In this document: positions 18,686-26,177 of the stretch, piece by piece | Position numbering within the stretch: position 1 is the stretch's first letter | Layout: each line of letters starts with the position of its first letter | NCBI GenBank assembly: GCA_041687695.1 | Contig: JAWLBL010000005.1 | Span: forward strand, 4,382 to 68,381 | Source: Myxococcota bacterium | Lineage (GTDB): Bacteria > Myxococcota_A > UBA9042 > PHBI01 > JAWLBL01 | DNA length: 64,000 nucleotides | Direction of reading: 5' to 3' | The notes under the pieces: generated by a model | Database searches by the model: none | What the model was told of the DNA's origin: nothing | Seen by the model: only the letters and a program-made list of their open reading frames with translations | Program-made: the position numbers and the translations under genes

Positions 18686-18889
18686 CTACAGCGAAGTAGG
18701 ATGGAGCCTTGCCATGGACCAGGGACTGCCCGCGGCGCGGCTTGCCTGACTGTACGATGCCGGCTCGTGTCGTCGGACGGCCGCTGTCGTCACGGCGCGG
18801 TAACCGACGACGACTCGCCCCAGCAGCTCGAGTTGGCCTGAGCGCGCGAACCCGACCAAGGGCGAGCTGTCGAACACCAGAGTGGGCAT
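18686..18889 (-). pseudogene. Truncated PIN-domain (DUF3368-like) gene
   Basis: MPTLVFDSSPLVGFARSGQLELL is a PIN N-terminus, coupled to the upstream gene (TAATG). Similarity is lost after ~40 aa, next to the REP array. Confidence 0.65.
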
Positions 18890-20001
18890 TACATCGGATC
18901 CAGGTCGGCCCCGAAGGCGTCGAGGGGAGGCGGACCGGCGGCGGCGGGTAGGTCGTAGGCCGCAAGGGTTCCCCTGAGCATCTCGAGGGCACGGCTCTTG
19001 CTGATGTCGTTTCGGCGAAGCGCGCGCAGGACCGCCGAGGAGAAGGACGGGGAGAGAACGTGCTGGCCCGGGTAGGGTGGAGGCGCAGCAGCAAGCTCCA
19101 GGTAATCGCCTTGGCGCGGTGGAGCGGCGAGCAAGGCGTCGCGTTGTGCCTTGTCGATGACTCCGAGGCGCATGAGCTGCGGGCACGCGGCCGTCCAGCT
19201 TGCGCCGTACTCGGCCGCGATGATGATGGCGGCTTCGCGCGCGTTCCTGCCCTGCTTCGCAAGCTGCTCGAAGCGGGGGCGAACGCCAACGCCCGGCATC
19301 AACAGGTGAATGGCGAACGCGTTGACCAGTTTTTCGCTCTCGTCCTCGCCGAAGCCTCCCCAGTCGATGTGGTACTCGTCGGCCAGGACGTGATGGCCGA
19401 CCTCATGGGCCAGCGTGAATCGGCGCCGTCCCAGGTCCATCGCTCCGTTGATGACTGCGACGCCGAGTCCGTCCTCGAGGGCGCCATAACCTCCCTCTGG
19501 TCCTTCGGCGCCGCAGTCCGCAACGTACGCGAGCAGACCCAACGGCTCGACCGCGCGCTCCAGCTCGACGATGGGTGCGGCCTCGTTTCCGAGGGCGCGC
19601 CTGACTACGACTGCGGCTTGCTCTGCGTCGCGAACGTCCTTCACGGCGTCGATGTCGAGGCGCACAGAGGCGGGAGCGATCAGCCCCAGGGCACGGAGCT
19701 GGGCCACGTCGCTTCGAAGCTCGTCGAGGAGCACGGCCGCGCGGCTCGAGTCGGGCTCGTCGCCACCTTCTCTCCAGCTGGCAACGCGAGGGTCGGCCGT
19801 CGTGAACCAGGCGATGGAGCGGCCCAACGCTTCGCCCAGGGCGACCAGCTCGAGCGCGTCGACCTTCCTCTCGCCGGTCTCGATTCTGGACAGGGACGAG
19901 CGGTCGAGCCCGACCTGACTGGCCAGCGCCGCCTGCGAGAGCCCGGCCACCTTCCTGGCCCAGGCCACCCGCGCACCCAGGTCCTTCCACGTCTCAGCCA
20001 T
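18889..20001 (-). CDS. XRE-family HTH + ImmA/IrrE metallopeptidase
   Basis: N-terminal HTH (LSQAALASQVGLDRSSLSRIETGER) and RRRFTLAHEVGH zincin motif. Confidence 0.9.
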   Translation of the reverse strand: MAETWKDLGARVAWARKVAGLSQAALASQVGLDRSSLSRIETGERKVDALELVALGEALGRSIAWFTTADPRVASWREGGDEPDSSRAAVLLDELRSDVAQLRALGLIAPASVRLDIDAVKDVRDAEQAAVVVRRALGNEAAPIVELERAVEPLGLLAYVADCGAEGPEGGYGALEDGLGVAVINGAMDLGRRRFTLAHEVGHHVLADEYHIDWGGFGEDESEKLVNAFAIHLLMPGVGVRPRFEQLAKQGRNAREAAIIIAAEYGASWTAACPQLMRLGVIDKAQRDALLAAPPRQGDYLELAAAPPPYPGQHVLSPSFSSAVLRALRRNDISKSRALEMLRGTLAAYDLPAAAGPPPLDAFGADLDPM

Positions 20002-20011
20002 GCGCGACCTC

Positions 20012-20032
20012 CGTGTGCAGTATTAGCACACG
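20012..20032. promoter_or_regulatory. Inverted repeat, candidate XRE operator
   Basis: CGTGTGC-AGTATTA-GCACACG about 10 bp upstream of the XRE start. Confidence 0.45.
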
Positions 20033-20164
20033 AGTCCGCGCCCGCAAGCCGCGCGTCACAGCACGCGCCCGACCGAGCAGCACTCGGAACCCTCGAGCCA
20101 ACTTGCCGGAGATGCGGGGGCCGACCGGAAGACGCTCGAGCTTCACGGCCGGGAAGTCGGGCTT

Positions 20165-21199
20165 TCAGCGGCGATAGGGCGGTGCGCCGCAGTTGGGGTT
20201 GGGGTGCTCGCCGCCCAAGGTGATCATCGGGGTGTGGCCGCCGGGGCCGGGGAGGCCTTCGGGGGTCAGGGTGACCCACTGCCGTTCTGCTTCGTCCCAA
20301 CGCGCGACGACCTGGCCGTGCTGGTCGACGAAGGCGCGGCGTTCGTCGTCGTGGGCGAGCCACTCGAATGGGCCGAAGCGGCGCCAGCCCTCGGCGCAGA
20401 GCCAGAGGTAGGTGGCGCGCGGACGGGGCCAGGGGCGGTCGGGGCGGTCATGAGGCTCGCCGGGAGGCCACTGGACGCCAGCCCGAAGTAGACGCTGTTG
20501 GAGGCGGCGGGCCTCGCGCCGGAGCTCGTGGACCTTGGCTTCGGCCGCGTCGACGACGAGGCGTTGCAGCTCGAGCAGGCCGGCGTCGGCGTTGGCGGCC
20601 AGGGCCGCGCGCAGGGTCTGGATGAGACCCTCGTAGAACGCGTACCGATGCGGCGCCGGGCCCAGCAGGCCCACGTCGCGGACCGCCGTGAAGACGGCGG
20701 CGAGGCCTTGGGCGTGCGGGGTCACCAGCACCTCGCGGTTGCGCCAGCCCGTGTCCACGGGCGCGACGGCCAGGATGACCCGGGCGCCCGACCAGCGGAC
20801 GGGGTCGTCGGGGTCCTGGCGGGTCGCGGCGGGCCGGGGGGAGGCCGAGAGCGTGGCTCGTTCGAGCCGTTCGCGGGTGCGCGCGACCCTGCCGGCCGCG
20901 CGCTCGATGGCCAGGATGCGAGCGTGGAGCTGGGCCGCGTCTTCCTCGGCCTCGTGCGTCGCGCGCGGCCGTGGCCGTTGCGGTCCCATCCCCGGAGGTG
21001 GCTGGAACGCCAACGCGAACTGTCGTTCCTCGGCGTCGTCGGGCTCGCTGCTGGGGGCCAGGTCGGCGGCCCGGTCCTGCAGGGCGCCGAGGAGCGCGTC
21101 GAGCGCCGCCTGCACGCCCTCGTCCGGGTCGGGCCGCGGCTCGCCTGCCCCGTCCGTCTCGTCGACCTGGGGCCGGTCGTCGTCGTCGCGCCGGGGCAT
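20165..21199 (-). CDS. Hypothetical protein (344 aa)
   Basis: ATG at 21199 coupled to the upstream stop; coding-like sequence. Confidence 0.55.
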   Translation of the reverse strand: MPRRDDDDRPQVDETDGAGEPRPDPDEGVQAALDALLGALQDRAADLAPSSEPDDAEERQFALAFQPPPGMGPQRPRPRATHEAEEDAAQLHARILAIERAAGRVARTRERLERATLSASPRPAATRQDPDDPVRWSGARVILAVAPVDTGWRNREVLVTPHAQGLAAVFTAVRDVGLLGPAPHRYAFYEGLIQTLRAALAANADAGLLELQRLVVDAAEAKVHELRREARRLQQRLLRAGVQWPPGEPHDRPDRPWPRPRATYLWLCAEGWRRFGPFEWLAHDDERRAFVDQHGQVVARWDEAERQWVTLTPEGLPGPGGHTPMITLGGEHPNPNCGAPPYRR

Positions 21200-21672
21200 C
21201 AGACGGCCTCGCGCACGGCGATGCGGTCGATGACCTGTAGCACGTGCTGCGAGGCCGCCTCCCACTGGCCGCTGCGAAAGCGGACCCCGCCGGGGGTGAA
21301 GAGGTCGACGCCGCCCTCGTAGTAGCCGAGCACGCCCAGGAACGTCGCGCCGGCGACGGTCGGCATGCGGTCGGCCGCGGCCTCCGCCGTTCGGACCTGC
21401 GCCTCGGCCAGCCACAGGATGGGGGCTCCCTCGCCCATCCCGGCGACCGTCTCGTCCACCGTCGCCGCGTAGGCCTCGAGCTGCTGGCTCAACCCCGCCT
21501 CGTCGCGCTGGGCCGCGCGTCCGCCCCCCTCCCCCTCGATCGCGCCGACCACGAGCCGCACCCGCCCCTCGTCCAGCGCCCGCTTCACCTCGGGCGCGGC
21601 GCCGGGCAAGTAGTGCCACACGGTCTCGAACGCCCTCAGCCGCCCCCCCGTCCGATACACCCCATCCGCCAT
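21199..21672 (-). CDS. Hypothetical protein (157 aa)
   Basis: GGAGGG RBS before ATG at 21672; coding-like sequence. Confidence 0.65.
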   Translation of the reverse strand: MADGVYRTGGRLRAFETVWHYLPGAAPEVKRALDEGRVRLVVGAIEGEGGGRAAQRDEAGLSQQLEAYAATVDETVAGMGEGAPILWLAEAQVRTAEAAADRMPTVAGATFLGVLGYYEGGVDLFTPGGVRFRSGQWEAASQHVLQVIDRIAVREAV

Positions 21673-21888
21673 GCGTCCCTCCGTCGAGTTACGTGATCCC
21701 TGCAGGCGTACCCCAGGCCCCCACAATCCGCAAGCGACCGCGCGGCGCGGCGCAGGGCGGTCGCCAAGTCCAAAGCGCCGGCATGGCCGGCGCGGTCCAA
21801 AGCGCCGGCGTGGCCGGCGCGGGGCCGCCTTCGGCTGCCGACGACGAAGGCTCACCATTGCGACGGGCCTGCGGCGGCGCGTCAGGGA

Positions 21889-22653
21889 TCAGGCCGGCGG
21901 CGTCTTCCGGCCGCGCAGGGCGATGGCGGCGTCCAGGCTGACGCTGTGCGGATCGGCGTCGTCGCCGAAGTACTCGTACGGCCAAGTCCCGCGACGGCCG
22001 ACGTTGCGGATGAAGGCGTTGAACACCGCCCTGCATGGGCGCTCGGCGCTGGAGTCAAGCAGCAACAACGAATCCGTCTTGCCATCGGTGTCGCACTCGT
22101 AGCCGACGACGAGGGCCCAATGCGCACCGTCCGGCCAATCGAAGCCCACGATGACCGGGGCGTTGTCCTCGATCGCGGATCGAGCCCAGTCGAAAAGCTT
22201 GGCGCCCCTAACTTCGGGAAGGTCGACATGCAGGTCTCTGGGAAAGGACGTGTCGAGGGCACGACACAGGTCGGCCAGGTCGGTACCTTGTCGAAGCATT
22301 GGATCCTCGGCGTCATTGAAGCAGCGCCAGAGCTTGGCGAACTTCCTGCGGCCATCGAGCCGGTGCAAACCGGTGACCTCGTCGCGATCAACGAGACCGA
22401 GCGCCAGTAGGCCCATGATTACGGCGTAAGGCCCACAGGCGCCGTCCATGTCTCCTTGACGCAGGTGCACCTGCTGCAACTCCCTCGTGGTCCGCAACGT
22501 CGCGATAGGGCCGTGCGCAGTCGGCACCAGCAAGCCGAGCATTCCTGCGGACCGTGTCCCGGCCGACGGCCGCGCCCGCGTCCAAGCATGTTCCTGAGCA
22601 CTCGCACGTCGCTTCGCCGCCATCACGTCCTCCTCAGTGATGCCCGCTTTCAT
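21889..22653 (-). CDS. C39-like papain-fold cysteine peptidase (start uncertain)
   Basis: 'QGDMDGACGPYA' (Q..C), 'HWALVVGY' (H) and 'LLLDS' (D) form a catalytic triad pattern. Confidence 0.7.
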   Translation of the reverse strand: MKAGITEEDVMAAKRRASAQEHAWTRARPSAGTRSAGMLGLLVPTAHGPIATLRTTRELQQVHLRQGDMDGACGPYAVIMGLLALGLVDRDEVTGLHRLDGRRKFAKLWRCFNDAEDPMLRQGTDLADLCRALDTSFPRDLHVDLPEVRGAKLFDWARSAIEDNAPVIVGFDWPDGAHWALVVGYECDTDGKTDSLLLLDSSAERPCRAVFNAFIRNVGRRGTWPYEYFGDDADPHSVSLDAAIALRGRKTPPA

Positions 22654-22794
22654 GCCACCCTCCGGCTCGCCCCACAAGCCCACCTCGGCTCAGTTACCGC
22701 ACCCGGTTGCGAATTCTTTCCGGACGCCGTAGCTTCCTCGCGACGCCAACGAGCATCGCGCCCGGGGGACTGCGGCGCGGGAAGACGAGCCCGG

Positions 22795-24039
22795 ATGACG
22801 GACGACAGCCTCTTCGTCGCGCTGCGGCGGTACCGGCCTTCGGAGGGCCGGGATCCGGTCGAGGACTTCGTGACCGAGGCGTTCGCGTGGCTGCTGAGGC
22901 AGGTGCCCGGGCTGGCGGAGGCCTATCGGGCCCTCGTCGTCGAGGCGCTGGGGCTGGTCGGCCAGTTCGGGCCGGCGGAGGCGAGGTGGCTGACACAGGT
23001 GCGGACGCCGCAGGGCGTGCTGGACCTGGTGTCGACCTCGAGCGCGCTGACGCTGGTCTTCGAGCACAAGGTCTGGAGCGCCGTCGGCTCCACACAGGTC
23101 GCGCGCTATCGCAAGGCGGCCGAGGAGCGCTGGGGCCAGCACGTCGCGGTGGTCGTCGTCGCGGGCGGGCGCCGTCAGTTCGACGCCGCGGCCGACCTGA
23201 ACCTGCGCTGGGCCGAGGTGCACGCCTTCCTCGCCCGCTGGAGCGCCGCCCAGCCGGCCCCTCCGCCCCTCGTCGCCGACTTCCTCGCCCTGCTGGAGCA
23301 CGAGGGCCTGGGCCCCGACGCCCCCATCGCCGAGGAGGCCCTGCGCAGCTACTACCCCGCCCGCCCCCTGAAGGACCGCCTCATGCAGGCCACGCGCCTG
23401 CTGGCCAAGCGCGACTGGTCCTTCGTCTACGACCGCCTCACCGACGCCGGCAGCTCGCTGACCGCCCCCTACCTGCGCTGGGGCAAGAAGGTCAACGCCC
23501 CCCGCGACGGCCGCGTCGGCCTGGACTTCTTCCGCCACTGGCGCCCCGGCCTCTTCGTCGGCGTCATCCTGGACTGGGAGCCCTACGGCGTCCCCCCCTC
23601 GGACCTGTCCCTTGGCCCCGACCTCTCGATCGTCCTCGACTACTCGGTCAAGCCGTCCGCCCAGCCCACGGTCCACCAGTACGTCCGCGCCGACGCCTAC
23701 ACCGCCCTCCGCAGCCGCCTCGCCTCCGAGCACGGCGAGTGGGACTTCGTCGACCACTACTTCACGGGCTCGAAGCCCAACTTGGCCCACATCCTCCACC
23801 TCCGGCGGCCGCTCGCTCCAATTCTGCGCGGGACCACCTCGATCGAGGACCAGGCCGAGCGGCTATACGCCGCGGCTCTCGACGGCCTTGGTCTTCTAAT
23901 CCGAGGCGGCGAGTTGCAATTGCTCGAGGGACTTCGCGAGTCATCTTCGGCGCCGGCCCGTAACGCTTCGGTGCCGGTTGCTACACCTGGCACTTCCTTG
24001 AACTCTCACACTACGTCGTCCGATTCAGACCCGAACTGA
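22795..24039 (+). CDS. PD-(D/E)XK nuclease family protein
   Basis: 'EDFVTEAFAWLL', 'LDLV...VFEHKV...QVARY' motifs. Confidence 0.75.
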   Translation: MTDDSLFVALRRYRPSEGRDPVEDFVTEAFAWLLRQVPGLAEAYRALVVEALGLVGQFGPAEARWLTQVRTPQGVLDLVSTSSALTLVFEHKVWSAVGSTQVARYRKAAEERWGQHVAVVVVAGGRRQFDAAADLNLRWAEVHAFLARWSAAQPAPPPLVADFLALLEHEGLGPDAPIAEEALRSYYPARPLKDRLMQATRLLAKRDWSFVYDRLTDAGSSLTAPYLRWGKKVNAPRDGRVGLDFFRHWRPGLFVGVILDWEPYGVPPSDLSLGPDLSIVLDYSVKPSAQPTVHQYVRADAYTALRSRLASEHGEWDFVDHYFTGSKPNLAHILHLRRPLAPILRGTTSIEDQAERLYAAALDGLGLLIRGGELQLLEGLRESSSAPARNASVPVATPGTSLNSHTTSSDSDPN

Positions 24040-24085
24040 ACCCTGCTCATACCTCGCCGCGTCCTCTCCGGAGCCGAAGAGAAGC

Positions 24086-24185
24086 ATGAACGCCTCGACC
24101 CTGCTCGACAACATCGACAACGGCCATATGGCGCTGCCGGAGTTCCAGCGCGGCTACGTCTGGAATCGGGTTCAGGTCCGGGCAC
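24086..24185 (+). pseudogene. 5' remnant of DUF262 (GmrSD-like) gene
   Basis: Translates MNASTLLDNIDNGHMALPEFQRGYVWNRVQVR, the DUF262 (L)P.FQR.YVW motif. Confidence 0.75.
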
Positions 24186-24237
24186 GCGTGATCTCGGCCT
24201 TCTCCAGAGATGCACATGACAACGGGGCGGCCACGAC

Positions 24238-25296
24238 ATGCTAGGTCGAAAATTCAACCCGCTGCGCGCCATCATGAAGATGACATCCTCGCATGAGGAC
24301 GTGTTGACGGAGTTCGTCGTGGCCGCGCTCGAGGCGGACGCCAGCTTCCGGGCGCGTTATGCGGGCCTCGTCTTAGGTGACTACGCCACCGCGCGGGGGT
24401 GGGCGCCTCCTGTGATCGTGGACTGGTGCACCCAGGGCGCGGTCGACGGCTGCGTGGGAACCCCTGACGTGGTCCTCGGACTCGCCGACGGACATCGAAT
24501 CATCGTCGAGCACAAGATCGAAGCAGACGAGACGAGCGCCTTCGTCGACGGCGCCGAGACGCCCAGCGGCCAACTCGACCGCTACCTGCGCTCGAACATC
24601 GACGGCGTCGCCTTCTTCCGGCGCTCGTGGAAGAGCCCTTCGGACGAGGTTCTGGCGCACCCGCTCTATATCCGGCCAGGAGCTCAGCCACACTTTCTCT
24701 GGCGTGACCTCTACCCCTTCCTCGTCCCGGACAACAAGCCGGCGACCCGATGGCTCCGTGAGTACTTCGAGGATGAGGGCGACACGCCACCACACCCCGT
24801 CATCGGGGACCTCATGGACGCCGATCCGGAACGCCAGAAATCGGCACGACAGAACTTCGCCAAGCTCTGGGACGGAACGCGCGGACTGGCCTCGAGCCTC
24901 GGTTGGAAGGTCACGACCGGCTCGATCTGCGAGCTCTACCTATCGGAGAGCAGCCGTGGGAGCGCGACGGTCTATCTGTCGCCGCTCCATCGTAAGGGCG
25001 CGTCGCTGATTATCCGTGTGACTCCGCGCGACCCGCGTCAGGTGGTCGACCTGGCGAAGTCGCTCAAAGGGGTCTTGACCATACCGCATGGACAAGTCGA
25101 GACCACCCAAGCTCGGCGTCAGGATGGACTCGTCGAGGTGGTCGACCTGACGGTCCCGTGGCGTGAGATCCTTTCGAGTCGCTCGGACGCGTTCGAGATG
25201 GACGAGAGTCTGTGCGACTTCGTCCTGCCGCTTCTCCACGAGATCACCTACATCTGCGCTTCCGCACCGGGGAAGGCAGTCACCGAAACGGGATAA
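24238..25296 (+). CDS. PD-(D/E)XK nuclease family protein
   Basis: 'EDVLTEFV', 'PDVV...IIVEHKI...QLDRY' motifs. Confidence 0.75.
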   Translation: MLGRKFNPLRAIMKMTSSHEDVLTEFVVAALEADASFRARYAGLVLGDYATARGWAPPVIVDWCTQGAVDGCVGTPDVVLGLADGHRIIVEHKIEADETSAFVDGAETPSGQLDRYLRSNIDGVAFFRRSWKSPSDEVLAHPLYIRPGAQPHFLWRDLYPFLVPDNKPATRWLREYFEDEGDTPPHPVIGDLMDADPERQKSARQNFAKLWDGTRGLASSLGWKVTTGSICELYLSESSRGSATVYLSPLHRKGASLIIRVTPRDPRQVVDLAKSLKGVLTIPHGQVETTQARRQDGLVEVVDLTVPWREILSSRSDAFEMDESLCDFVLPLLHEITYICASAPGKAVTETG

Positions 25297-25419
25297 CGGG
25301 TGGGGTGAAGAGGACCACGGCGAACAACGCGGTAGCGACTGCGATAGAACGCGACATGAGGTCCGAAGGCGGTGTCGTGTGCTTCGACTCCTGCCGCCAG
25401 GCGGAAGGTCTGCCCCACG

Positions 25420-26030
25420 GCCACAGCCGCCCGAACGTCAACGCCGTCGCCAACTACACCTTCCTGACCAAGGCCACCAACCTCGCCCTCAGCGACCGCG
25501 CCCCCGAGGACTACTTCCCCAAGGTCGAGGCCCGCCTCCCTGGCGGCCTCGCCTCCCAGTGGATTCCAACCGACCCACAACTCTGGAATACCGACAACCA
25601 CCTCGACTTCCTAGAAGCTCGCCGCCAGCTCCTCGCCGAGGCCACCAACCGCTTCCTCGGCGAGGCTGCTGCACGACCCGCTCCGGACCGAGCTGACGCC
25701 CCCCGAGCCCGAACTCGTGCTGCACCATGCCGTCCCCGTCCCGGGTAGCATCGACTCCGAGGACGAGGGGCAGCTCCTTGTCGAAACCAACGCGTGGGTC
25801 GTCCTCGCAGGGCCTGGCCGAGGGACACCTCCTCTACGAGCTGACGGAACTCGACGGCAGCCCCAAGGCCATCCTCGACCTCGCTTGGCCCGATGGCTTG
25901 CAGCCGGGCCTCACCCGCCCAGTTGCCCTCCTCCGCAACGAGGGCGCCGACACACTGAACGCCGCAGTCCAGCACGGGTTCCAGATCTTTACGGACACCG
26001 GCTCCCTCCAACGCCACATCCTTGCCCCCG
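25420..26030 (+). pseudogene. 3' remnant of DUF262/GmrSD-like gene, frameshifted
   Basis: 'NAVANYTFLTKATN..LSDRAPEDYF...FLEARRQLL', then 'GSIDSEDE' and 'AILDLAWPDGLQPGL..PVALL' in two other frames. Confidence 0.7.
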
Positions 26031-26177
26031 AGTCCGCCACCACTCGCGGCGAAGCGCGGGTGGCGTGGTTACAGGCGAGCAAGCCACGATGTGAGAAGCC
26101 TGTATTCACGCCTCGCGTGAGCTGGCGAAGTGCAAATCTCGAAGTCATGCCCCTTTGGCATCCTCAGGCTGCAACGC

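Noticed and set aside
17963..18841. 9-aa repeat proteins (ARSIAPAWP, MDRAGHAGA, ALWTAPAMP)
   Set aside because: Several frames are open through a 27-bp hairpin array; the conservation fits DNA/RNA structure, not a protein.
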